DNA of 52,447 bases from Paraglomus brasilianum (Eukaryota): assembly GCA_910592345.1 (NCBI GenBank), contig CAJVPI010000116.1, positions 1-52,447 of the forward strand, read 5' to 3'. Each line of letters starts with the position of its first letter. The first letter of the stretch is position 1. The translations under genes were made by a program, and so were the position numbers. Below, piece by piece: positions 37,766 through 50,287 of this stretch. The notes under the pieces were generated by a model. That model worked only from the letters and a program-made list of their open reading frames with translations, ran no database searches and was not told where the DNA came from.

Positions 37766-39168
37766 ATGACGTTTTCACTCGTATCTGCTCTCCGTCCGTT
37801 CAAGATTCCTCTTACTCTTTCATATCCCTTTATAAATCACCATGCATACACAAGAGACTCGCACTCAAAACAACACAAAGAATCAATTCCGCTTCAACTT
37901 GCATATACAGAATATTTCCCGCGGCGACCGCAAGAACCAGAAGAATCACCGCCTATTATTATATTGCATGGATTGTTTGGATCAAAGCAGAATTGGAAGT
38001 CACTTGCAAAGTCATTTGCGCAGAGTTTGAATACAAAAGTCTACGCAGCGGTAAGACAAGGAGAGATTAGATTGAATCGGGTTAATTGATTAAATCGGTT
38101 CATTGGCCTTTTGCAGGATTTGAGAAATCATGGGGAAAGCCCACATTCTTCAGTTCATACATATGAATCAATGGCTAGTGACGTCGCGGAGTTTATCGTT
38201 CAACAAAAACTCGATAGATCAGTGCTTATAGGCCACTCAATGTGAATATCTTATTATTTCTTCACTTTTCTACAAGCTTGTCCATCTCACTTTTTTAATC
38301 TGATTTAGGGGTGGGAAAGTAGTAATGACCCTCGCTCTTCTCCAATACCCACAAGTCTCCCAAGTAATTGTAGTAGACACCGCTCCCGTGAATTTCCGTC
38401 TGTCATCCAATTTTTCATCGTACATTGCAGCAATGAAAAAGGTTGACGCAGCCGATGTTTCCAAACAAAGTTTTGCCAACGAGATTTTGGAAGAGGATAT
38501 AGAGGTACGGCAGTTATACTTAATTCGAGGGAAGGTGAGCCGCAATCGTGCAGACTCAAAGCATGTCAATTCTACTTCTAAGGATATTACAGTGAGACAG
38601 TTTTTATTAACAAACTTGACGAAAGATCCGCAAACCGGATTGTACAAGTGGAGAATACCGCTCGATACGTTAGAAGATGCGCTTAATGACTTGGGAGGGT
38701 TTCCGTTTAAATCGGCTCATCACACTTTTAAGAAAAGGGCCTTGTTTATAGCTGGAACCAAGTCTAATTATGTGCCGCCTAAGGTAATCTGAGATGGGAT
38801 TTAACTGGCACAAAAAGGAACATTCGTTCTTAGAAGGCCATTTGTTTTTACAAAATTTGGGGATATAACCGGGGGTGGGAGGGTGGCAACGAAGAGAACG
38901 ATTTCCGTCACTCGACATAAACTTTCACGTGATATGATTTATTACAATAGGTGTACCCAACGATCAGGTCGTTTTTTCCGAATGCTGTGTTTGCAGAGCT
39001 GGATGCGGGACATTGGGGTGAGTTTACATTTGTGATATTCTTATTTTTTACTTTTGCCATTTCTCTTATTATCATGTTTTTGTTCTACATTTTCATACAG
39101 TACACGCAGAAAAGCCACATGAATTCACCGCGATTGTATCAGACTTTATAAAAAGCACTGCTTCTTAA
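37766..39168 (+). CDS. Alpha/beta hydrolase, ABHD11/YbfF family, probable mitochondrial presequence; 6 exons
   Basis: 'ILHGLFGSKQNW', 'DLRNHGESPH', nucleophile elbow GHSMGGK across an intron, 'VRQFLLTNL', 'LDAGHWVHAEKP'. Confidence 0.9.
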
Positions 39169-39699
39169 TATTCTAAGGTCTGTGAATATGTTGACGATAC
39201 AAGAGTAATGTATTGGCAACTGTGTTGAAAAGATTTATTGTATCATTGAGAATGTAGTCAAAATTGAAGACAAACCAACTCACTAACAACGTAAGTGTGT
39301 TGCCATGAAGCTGGTGTGACCGCATGTAATGATGTAGATGTTTAAAATTCATAAATAAAAAGTTTACTTTTGACAATTGTGGTGCTTATTTCGGATACCA
39401 TATTAGCTTGGAGGCTGCTGATTTTCAGAGGATACGGTAATCACAAATTTTAAAGAATGAAAATCACTTAGTCTATATCTTTAATCTTATTTTTTTATGG
39501 GATAGTAATAGGAAGTTAGTTACTTGATTTCATCACACCTATTAAGAATATGTAAGCTATACTAATACAGTCACTTCTGTTAATAATATTGCTCAATTTA
39601 CGTCTAATATTCTATCTATACTAAAGACGTTTTTTAACACCAATCTTTTCTGACACATTTTCATAAAAAGTATACACCTTACTATTACTGTATGCTTTA

Positions 39700-39830
39700 G
39701 TATATCCCTGTTCTAGTTCAGCTGCTCTTTCATATAGTTCAAGTGTCTGCTTCTACTCCAATGCCATTTCGTAATACAAGCCAAGAATATGTTGTGCATA
39801 ATAATAAGCATTTCCTTCTATTGACAAAAG
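39700..39830 (-). pseudogene. Decayed SEL1-like repeat fragment
   Basis: Frame-broken 'AQHILGLYYE|NGIGVEAD..LELYEK..AE' resembles the SEL1 consensus. Confidence 0.5.
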
Positions 39831-41959
39831 TCAGTTACATATCCAATGTCAAACTTTGTTCCAGCCATTTTGCTATAATATAAATGTGGAACTGTACTGG
39901 ACTTAATCGGGAGTTGTATGAGTTTGCAATGTTTAGCTAAGACTCTGAACCATTTCTACGAACAAAATATATCGTTTCATTTGCAAACATTCTTCCAGCA
40001 GAGCCAACACAAGTAAATACCTGTAATCGCTTGTAATCGCGAAACCTCCTCTTAGTAAAAGTCGATATTTTCTTTATAAATAGTATACGAAACGTACATA
40101 CAGGACAGCCAGACTCTCTAAGGCTAACGTAGTGAACGAGCGAACGAGCAAACTTTCATATATGGGGCATGCTGCAACAAAACCAGACAAAGTGAACATT
40201 CTATAATTGAGGGGCTGATTATGATGTGGCTGTAAAATTGACAATGACGTTTTGAAAAGTAATAATGGTGCTTATGGACTTGTTAATTTTAATGTTCACT
40301 TTATCATACCAGAATGTGAGGAATATAAACCATAACAGGATTAATATATATAGAATTATCTCTATATAAAAAATATTAATATGAAACTGATTTACATTAA
40401 ATCCACTATGGAACCAAAGAATTACAGCACTATTAGAAGTATATTAAAAAAAGAACAAGGAGAAAAATTTGCACCTTATGTTTTTAAAATCAATGATACC
40501 CAAACTCTCCAGGAGTACTTAGACAAAGAAAGAATTACTTATGAAATTTATCAAGAGGAAAGGAAAATCATAACAAATAAACGAACATTAACACCAGCAC
40601 ATGGTGAACCAAGAAAGAAACGGAAGCTGGAAACATAAAGCAAATATCTGTTTCTTTATAATTGCTAATAATTCCATGATTTTTTATAGGCTGTTTAGTA
40701 AGAATGACAATAAATTGGCTCCAAGTTCTACAACTCTGACACAATTTATGAGTAGCAACCTTTTATCGTGTTAGAAACAATGATAAGTATGGAAAGTAAT
40801 AAATCATTAGAAGGGCAGCCGGACCAAACTTTAGGAGATGATGACTTGTTTGATCAGCAGATCAAAATGAGCAATCATAATTATGTTTAACTAGAGGTGA
40901 GGGTGTAGCCTGCTGAATAGTTTTTGTGTGTTATGTAGAATAATCAGTTGCAAATGTTGTTTTTTTTATAACAGTTCAGTTATTTTAAAAATTTTTTATT
41001 CGCAATTTACAGTTTTATTTGTTGCAAACGTTACAGAATTACGTGTATTCGACAAATCTGTTTATTTATCGATTATAAATATTAATATTTTAGCAAATAT
41101 TTATTGTAATTATTTATTATTATATAGATAAAGAAAAATAGGCTATAAATGTTGGATGAAATTGTTTTATATATTCGTTAGAATATTTCAACGATTCGGA
41201 AAATAACCGATTTAATAATTAATATGTACACGATATTTGTTAACGCATGATCCAGTGTCTTGAATGTGCACGTCATTTGGTATGGCTAATGATTTAATGT
41301 TTATACTTGGACTTATACTTAAGTTATAGGAAGAATTCAGAGTATAAAGAACTACTCATTTATTTACAATAAAGGAATCGAGAGTAATTAGACATGCTAA
41401 ACATGCACTTATTTTACTTGCTTCTATCTAACTGAAATCTACACTAATTATATATCTTTCGAGTGGACTAATTGATCTATTCTTAGCAACTATTTCAATT
41501 ATGACTTCCCGTATGACTTGCACTGCTTGTACCATGCGCTGGTGTTACTGCGCCGTCGGAGAAATGCAGAAATTTAGGAGAGAATACGTCACTGTTTATA
41601 GCGTAGCATCACACAAATAAAAAGAATTCATTGTCAGGGTTATCTTCAGCATCAACATGAATCAGATCTCGTGCTATGTGTTGGTTACAAGGAAAACGGG
41701 GAGCTGTCGAGTTAGATGAAAAGTGTCGTGGGCGTTGGATTAAGAAAGTCATTGACTCCTATCATAAGTCCCTACATATGCCAAATCGAGGTGTTTGAGT
41801 ATCTAGTCGATATTTAAACTTTGTGCGAGTTTTTGTGTATCTAAACAAAAAAGAGCACAAAAATTTAAGTATAAAACAATAAATAAAGCTTTAATTGTGC
41901 AGTTAACAAGAATACTCTCTCTATCATAAATTTGATTTCAATAACATATTTTCCATAAT

Positions 41960-42840
41960 ATTTCTAGCCAGCTGACTGTATCACAACCATCGTGATAAAT
42001 ACCTGGTGGGTGTACGTTTATTTCCATCCAAGCACCTGATTTGTTTGGGCGAGCGAAGACTCGCCATGCTGGCATTGTATAAATTGTTGTTTCATGCTCT
42101 AAAGTGAATGATTAATTATTAGAATTAGTCAATCAGCAACAAATGCAATGCAATGTCTTACATACAATATATGAGCATTCCATAACTCTGGATGCATTCA
42201 AGTTGTTCTTCTGTTGCATTGCAGATGATACTGTCCTTGATATTTGCATTGCTAGAAAAATAAATAGAAACAACTAAATTATAAGTTTTACCATGGAAAG
42301 CCTCAAAAATAAAAATGCAGACCTTTAAGTAACTTATCCATGTCATTATGCACATCCACCGAGGGGCCGCCGCTCCATGTCCGGATACTCGCGACAGGTA
42401 TAGACGGGGCCGGTCCTGAGAATATCTATAAGCAATATTAGTATAAACATACATTAAAAAAAAAAACCTAACCTTAATATAATAAATTATTCCTGTTATG
42501 CCTGCCATATCGAGCAGCTCCTTGTATGTTGTGTGTGTCGCGGGCCGCCAACACTGCATTCCCAAAATCCCGGAAAGACACACTCCATATTGTTTATGGA
42601 GCATAATTTGCACACTCGCATCTGATCTTAGTTGTTGCGTTTTCATTTTGATTTGATAAGAGGACGAGGAAGCGGCCGTTTTTATCAAGGACATCGTCAA
42701 TTTTTTTTGGTGGCTGGTGTGAAGGATTACGGTGACAATGACCATCACGCTGTAGCCACACCTCCGTTGAAAGGAAGTTAGATCCCAAGTGTCGACTCTC
42801 CCGTAACCGTCGGCACAACATCTGTAATAGATATGACATG
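41960..42840 (-). mobile_element. Decayed intron-containing transposase-like gene, possibly MULE/Mutator
   Basis: 'CNATEEQLECIQSYG..I.C', 'HETTIYTMPAW' and 'PPGIYHDGCD' loosely follow MULE domain motifs. No TIRs identified. Confidence 0.35.
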
Positions 42841-43308
42841 CTCAGTACTAGTACCTTCTTTGTAACAAACCGGTGCCGTTATGTCCTTATAATAATAAAC
42901 AGAGTTACGTGTCGGACGAAGCACACGCGTCACACGTTATTCGTCATCCCCATGTTATTAATCGCCCACGTTATTCATCACCCATGTTATTCATCACCTG
43001 ATCGCAAGAGTGACCTTTGTTTGGGGTGATCGGCAAATTCTGATAGTAAAAAGAAACTCTGCCTAAAGGAAAATACATTAATGCCTCTATTTAACACGCT
43101 ATTTTATTGAAAAATTCTAATAATAACGATAACGATGATGATAACATAACATCGATATTCCTTTATTACTTATGAAGGGTGCTTAGTAATAGCGAATTGT
43201 TCGTCAACCAATTACTTTGCATTCTATGCAGATTATTTCCGTTTATTATTGACCCTTTTTAAATTTTACAACTTTCGCTATTTCTGATCCAGAAGAAGCT
43301 TGTTCAGA

Positions 43309-44612
43309 ATGACAAAACCGATTAAACTTACTAATCGCGCTGCTTACCAACGTTTCGTCGACAGATATGACACATTCCTATTAGATTGTGATGGTTAGTC
43401 ATATCTAATTACTGTTATTATCAGTATCAGTCAGTGCTCGTTTATTGATTTCGTACTGCCTTTAAAGGTGTCATATGGTCTTCTAATACGGTTATTCCCG
43501 GCGTTCTTCAAGTGATAACGTATTTCCGAAAGAAAGGTAAACTATAATGAACAATTGCTAACTTTTTCGGATAAGTTGCCTATAGAATTGAAAATTTATA
43601 CGCAAATCAGGCAAACAGCTTTTGTTCGTTACCAATAATAGTACAAAGTCGCGCGCAGGCAATTTGAAGAAGCTTCGGAGTTTTGGTCTAGAAGCAAGTG
43701 AAGTATGACAGAGAATACAGAATTGTGACTCTGATGAGCGAGGAATATTTGCAATATGTTAACGATTTATTTTCTTTGATTCGTAGGAAGAGATTTTTTC
43801 TTCCTCTTATACTGCTGCTTATTATCTGAGACATATAATTGATTTTCCAAAAGAGAAAAAAGTTTATATAATCGGCGAGTCAGGCATCGAAGATGAACTT
43901 AATATGATGGGAATCAAGAACACGAAAGCCGATGTTTGTATTTTTCTCGTACATTCTTTTTACGTTTTCATTAATTACGATACTGACATTATCGATATCA
44001 ACTGTAGGCGGATAATGGACCAATTCAAAATTGGGATTTTGCTGATATCACTCCAGATCCAGAGGTACGACTTGTGCAGTTATGATATAAGTATATATAT
44101 AGGATAACTTGCCTAAATGTTTGCAATTCTGCTGCTCTTTTATTTAATAGATTGGTGCTGTACTTTGTGGATTCGATACTTTCATAAATTATAGAAAGAT
44201 AGCTAAAGCGTTCCTCTATCTGCGCACCGATCCGGACTGTTTATTCCTTTTAACTAATGATGACACAACATTTCCGGCCATCGGAACTGTGTTTCCTGGA
44301 GCTGGTTCATTATCATCACCATTAATCATCGCGTTAAATCGTAAACCAGATCGAGTCATGGGTAAGCCAAATAAACCCATGTTGGATTGCATCGTAGATA
44401 AATACCGCTTGAACGTTGAGCGTACGTGTATGATTGGTGATCGTCTGGACACTGACATTCAGTTTGGTATTAATGGTGGAATAGCTACTCTTCTTGTATT
44501 AACTGGTATATCGACGGAGAAGGAAATACTGGCAGAAGGCGCACCTATACTGCCTGATTATTATGTTGACAGTCTCAGTAATTTTGCTGAAATTATTGAA
44601 TTAGAGAATTAA
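43309..44612 (+). CDS. PHO13: HAD-IIA phosphatase (4-nitrophenylphosphatase / phosphoglycolate phosphatase); 6 exons
   Basis: '[12 protein letters not shown]', '[10 protein letters not shown]', 'EEIFSSSY', 'FPGAGS', 'GKPNKPM', '[20 protein letters not shown]'. Confidence 0.93.
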
Positions 44613-45510
44613 GTGTTAGTCCATGAATACGTTTTCAATATATATAAAGACCAAATGTTTGACTGAGAATCTTCATATCAAAATGCATTCGTAACAAACT
44701 CTGTTTAACCCAGGCTTGACAATTACTCAGGTATAACATAGTATACTATATTGATCACCCGATTATACAGTTATACGCTTGGTTATATCTTCAACGCGTA
44801 TTTAATTTCGGACTTTCTGCCAACAACTTTATGTTGAGTGCGTTACCTCGCGATAGTTACTCATAGAATCTTTGGATTATTTCTATCATCAATACCATGG
44901 CTTTATCGAAAGTACAAGTTCGTAGAATAATAGAATAACATGAACGTCTTAATGATCTCATTTTAAGACGTAAAGAAATTTATAATTAGCAAGTTCAAAG
45001 TAAAGAGATTAAACAGATGCCGGATGAAATGGATAAGACGAAACACATCAACTGAATGTTGGCTGGTGAAGAGTTAAAATTTAAACTTCGTACATAGGGA
45101 ACAGCAGAATATATAATACAGAATGCACAATATATTAATATGGTTAATTAAAAAAAATCCAAAAGAGAATAATTCAATAAACAACACCATTTCCAACAGA
45201 TAGTCAATAATACTATGAGGGATTAATAAATAATATCCAAAATAAATGAAGCTGTATATGTAAATAATCAACTTCACAACATTAATATGATCCATTAGCC
45301 CTGAGTCACATCATATCTTTCTCCAAGTCTAGATACACCCTTTCGATACGGGCTTTATTCTCATTCTGGGTGAGATAAAAACGTGCAAGTAAAAATCGCA
45401 ATACGATTTGCGTTATACAACAGGTCACGTTACTGAAATTCCTGATTTTCGCGTAGCTGTTCCAATAACATCCACTCTATCCTTGTCACAAGTCCATTGC
45501 ACTTGGAAAG

Positions 45511-46927
45511 ATGTTTTATGACTTGAATATTCCGTATCCAGTTCAACACAGTCAGAACATCGAATATGCCCAAAATGAGCTACGCAAGAGTATCGATACA
45601 CTAGTAAAATGTAAGAGAGGTTAATACTTTTAAGACGACAATTTCTCAACAATGTTGAATTTTGCTATGTTTGCGTACGTAGTTGGATATCATATCGTAG
45701 CATACAATAACACAGTCACCGGAAAAGTAGCTTCAAAAAAGGTGGGATGCTTGTCAATTAATAGTAGACGCTGATGTGTTTAATCGAAAGTATTTATCTA
45801 TAGATTACATTTCTTTTCTGTGCACTTGCATCAGCCCAATCCCATTCAGAAACCGAATAATGAGAAAATAAAGCAATATACACGCCTAACTGTAGTCATC
45901 GACGATCCAGGTCAGAATTATGGTTTGGTGAGCATTTTATGGTTTATCGTATCGATTATCAATCATGATGAACGATTTTTCATCCAAAAATCTTTCTTTT
46001 CTGGATGTCTAATGCGAACAGACATCGACGAATTCCACGATATCATCTTATGACCTAGTTGCGGTTCAACCGACTAACGAGAAACTCTTCCAGATGGCAT
46101 GCGGCACTTTCGATGTGGATATTATATCACTTGAGATGGGAAACCGATTACCGTTCTACTTCAAACACACAACAGTAGGATTGGCTATTGATCGAGGCAT
46201 CTATTTTGAGATTTCGTATGCGCCTGCTATTCGAGGTATATATAACCAAAATAAATGGGAGGGTGGAGAATGCGCCTTTCTCGAGGGGCTTGTACATATC
46301 TAACCTATGAATTATACCAATTCCATATGGATTTATAAAGATTCTGGAAGTCGAAGACAGCTCATTAGTAACGCACAGAATCTAGTAAGAATCACTCGCG
46401 GAAGAAACATCATAATCACCAGCGATGCACAACGAGCAATGGAACTTCGAGGACCATATGATATCATCAATTTGTTAGTCAAATGTCTTTACAACTCATT
46501 AAGCCAACTCTACTTTTGGTATTAATCCTCACACCTACGCTTCTCAGGGGAACAATAATGGGACTGAATCAAGCCCAAGCTAAAGATTGCATTTCAACAA
46601 ACTGCAGAGCTGTATTATTACACGCAAGTAAGATGCTTACACAACGTTGTTCACTTTATGGCTGCTTGCGCCCATTTTCAATTTATTTCGCATTAACTCT
46701 GATACGTTATATGCTTATATATACCATCAGTCACGCGTACAAAGACGCATAAATCCGTTATATCCTATGATCCCGTATCAGAATTAGAACCGCATGAATT
46801 GTGGAAAGCGGGTGATAGTTCGGGAAAGAGCAAGAAAAGAAAGCAAAAGAAGAGAATGAGGAGCGATAGTGATGAGCAGGAGCAAGGGGAGGAAAGTGAA
46901 GGTGGTTTAGAAGACATGGAAATTTAA
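45511..46927 (+). CDS. RPP1: RNase P/MRP subunit p30; 7 exons
   Basis: 'MFYDLNIPYP', 'FGYHIVAYN', 'QYTRLTVVIDD', 'YDLVAVQP', 'AIDRGIYFEISYAPAIRD..RRQLISNA', 'ELRGPYDIINLG'. Confidence 0.93.
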
Positions 46928-47714
46928 GCAAGAATGACGGAAGATTTTACCATATTAATTGGAAGCAACAAGTTCTATTTATCCGTCAGTCGGTATGTCA
47001 ACGAAGGGATATACAACATGGTAAATATAGACAAGAGAGATTTGAACAAAGACTTTATAATAATGTCCAATTTAATTGGAGAGGCTGGGTATAATGCTAT
47101 CAAACAAGTTTATTTATCATCCAATAAACTTAATATCGCTATAGAGCAAGAATAAATGGGTTGGGGCAAAACCAGACTGCGAACATGTGGCGTCACACCG
47201 TTTTTCATTTGTTTTCTTCAGAACAGATATGACCTAGTTACCATCACGGTAGGATTAACCAAATGGAAAAATCAAGCCGGTGGATTCTTTTACTTCTGCA
47301 CTGGCTCTGTGAGTTACCTTTTGCAAGAAGTGTTATTCTTGGCTTTTGTCGGATTTTTCGGATTCCAAAGTTTTTCAGCAATTCGTTCGTTTTTCATAAT
47401 GGCCAACTGGCTGGCTGGTCATTTCGAACCATCACCTTCCCAATTGATATTTAGGAAAGAAGGTAAAACATAAATACAAGGAGGCAAACTGTACCAGAAC
47501 GACAACTGATATGATTCCTAATCAAAGGAGTATGATTAAAAAGGGCGATATTACGATTTCAGCAATAAAAAGTTTTCTTATAGACCTGCCGTTTTTTTTT
47601 TTTAAGAAACGGCTAGCTTGAAAGACTTCTCGCAATCCAGCAAACTTTTCTATCAGTACCTTGGCAGAGCAACTGCGGCCACAGCCTTGTTCTAAAATGT
47701 GAAGAGGAACGTCC

Positions 47715-48450
47715 ATTTTTGTAATGTCTTTAAATTCGTCTCTAACGAATAGGCGAATGTTTTGGTAAAGATACTCTTGTCTTTTGTAATCAAAGGAGGA
47801 GGGTTAATACTAGGGTGGAAAATGTTTTAATTTCTATGGTTATTTCAGAGACACGCTTTTCGGGTTTTCAATAAATCACTATTAACAATCATCTGAGCTT
47901 TGACAATTCCAGGATTAAAAAGAAAATACAGATATTTTTGCAAACCACTCAACTTCTTAAAGAAAATTTCCAACACGGAATTAAGATCTAAGTATTGAAA
48001 GCCTTTTCCATTGTCATAACACTGAGCCTTGTTTAATCCAGCTGTACTCGATTTTTTCACAACTTCAACAATATGATCCATACAATCTACAGTCGTTTTG
48101 CGGTACAGTTTCTTGACCAATCCAGGCTGCCATCAGACTTAAATTTAGTACCATAAAATTTGATTCAAGTCTTTCATAATAACCGCAAATTTCTAAAATC
48201 AAATAGTGGCATTATTTTTATTCTGTCCTCCCGCATTATCACAAGTAATTTCACCTTTATTCAATTTCTTAATTCCATCTAACATCATGCTCAGTGTGCC
48301 ATTGATGCCTTCCCTATAATTTCGTCTTCATCAAGAACGTAATTAATTTGTTCGCGCACCGCTCTATCTTGAATATCAAATAAATGTACTTTATGCGGAC
48401 TAAGATAAATCTTACTGAACATTTTATACTCAATCGTAACTATAATGAGC
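47715..48450 (-). mobile_element. Decayed DDD-type transposase (Sola-like, 'DN..GQNKN' family)
   Basis: Frame-broken 'YLSPHKVHLF..QINYVLDEDEIIGK', 'ITCDNAGGQNK', 'TKFKSDG..GLVKKLYRK..VD' and 'QEYLYQNIRLFVRDEFKDIT'. Confidence 0.6.
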
Positions 48451-49210
48451 AGTAGCATCAACGCTACAATAATCACTTTACCTCTGTCACAAGATCATTC
48501 TCATCTACTAATTTTCTTTGTTCTTCTGTTAATTTCGTATTTTTGTTGAATAATTTCTTTCCAATCTAGCCTTAACTAGATTTCTTTGTATTTTTTCAGT
48601 AATTTTTTGCTTCTTCTTTACGAGCATTATACTGTAAGCCATTCCGAAACAGTTGACACGTATCCATAATTTGAATGTAAGGCGTTGTTGGTATCATAAC
48701 TTGCAGAATGTGTTATATTTTAACAGTTTCAGTGTGCTATGGTTTTCAAGACCTGCACGATAGACCGATTTATAACTCGATTCTGTTGGCAAATAGTGTA
48801 AGCAATTGAGTACATTTCTTGGTGGTGATTTTTTGCGTTCTCCAATACACGTAAATTTCTACGATAATATTGATAGTGAGGTGTGGATTTCTATAAATAA
48901 CTCAACACAAAATATATACGACGTAACAGACAAAGCTCAACTCCCAGATTTTGGGTTGCTCCGCAAATAGAAGCAATTCCTATTGTCGGAAGCTGTTTAG
49001 GTCACCTGCAATTGCGTTTTCGTTACTTATTCTACTGGTTATAGCCGTTATATGGTTTATTGTGTATTAAACGCCATCTCCTAATTGCTTTGTATAATCG
49101 AGAAAAGGAGTTCAGTTGAGCATTGATAATAAACGCGAAATTTGTGAACATGCGAAACAAAATTCACTTCAGATACGTATTGCCAAACATTTAATGATAC
49201 AGTAAATATA

Positions 49211-50043
49211 CACAGTCACTCTCGGTAAGATGAAGTCGCCGGGCTGGACCAAAATGTTCATATTATCGAAAGATCATTACAACGAAAGATTGGGTCACGT
49301 GAAAAATCATTATACTGTATCGAGCGAAAATTTCTTTATTCTGATAACTATTCTATCTTAGATAAGTGTATTTGCCAGAGTTGCAAAAGCTATGGCTTTT
49401 CTTCGCAAAATATGGCCAGATATGACTTTCAATTACAGGATATGCGGCAGTTCGATCGCGTTTTCTCTTCGCTGAAGTTAAACTTTCAACCAATACGATG
49501 ACTTTTTAAGAATGGTAGAGACGCGAATTTTATTTAAGCAATCGCTATTTTTTTCTGACATAAGCATTTAGTGAAGCAAAAGCCATACTTTCAATTGCTT
49601 TTTTGTGTTCTTCTTTTTTTTTGTAAGCATTTCCGGTATTTTCTTTAACTCCATACAGCTTAGCAAGCTCCGCTTGAGTCAAATGAGGTTGGGCTTTCTT
49701 TTTTAAACAGACTTTTTTTTGAACGCCCGTTAGAGTAACCCGCTTTATTACAAGTTTTTTACTAATCATACTTCTATTATCCATCTGCCTCTAACAAATT
49801 AAAGAGAATAAGTATTTATCATAAAAACATCGAAATTTCGATTGATTGGTTTAATTTAATATAATGTTCTTATTCTGCTCGATAAATTGATATGATTTAC
49901 GCACTCATTATAAGTTATATCGCGAGATTACATTATATCGAGCCCAATTTTATTATAACTGACTTGGTTCCGGGGGAAAGCATCATATTAGGTCACTTCA
50001 TCTTATCGGGGGGGGGGGGGTCATTATATCGAGAGTGACTGTG
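49211..50043 (-). mobile_element. Internally deleted pogo/Tigger element (833 bp) retaining the HTH coding region
   Basis: TA|CACAGTCACTCTCGGTAAGATGA ... TCATTATATCGAGAGTGACTGTG|TA (23 bp, 3 mismatches). ORF 49545-49784 'KRVTLTGVQKKVCL..PHLTQAELAKLYGVKENT' is a CENP-B-type HTH. Confidence 0.88.
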
Positions 50044-50287
50044 TATAATTTTAACAAGAATCACTCAACTGTAACTAACGCTAAGATTTTAATAGAGTTT
50101 TCGGTAACTCCAATGTTATTGATCACATGACTGTCAATAAATCCTTTTATTGTTATACAGGGTGCTTACCTCCCCTGACAGATTTGGCATTATTGTTTGA
50201 TAAGTTATACATGACATAGATAATAATAAGATTGTTAATAGAGTATAGTAATTGACAATAATCGTACTATTGTCTCTACTACAATAT

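Noticed and set aside
44896..45300. Stop-riddled reading frame between PHO13 and RPP1
   Set aside because: Possibly a relic, but no recognisable motif.
7677..46927. Functional cluster of rRNA-processing genes (UTP18, LCP5, RPP1)
   Set aside because: They are interspersed with unrelated genes, and the category is large enough for chance co-occurrence.
4044..46927. U12-type (minor) introns
   Set aside because: No RTATCCTT donor was seen at any reconstructed junction.
46934..47473. Two abutting ORFs after RPP1
   Set aside because: They overlap the expected RPP1 3' UTR and have no recognisable domain or splice structure.
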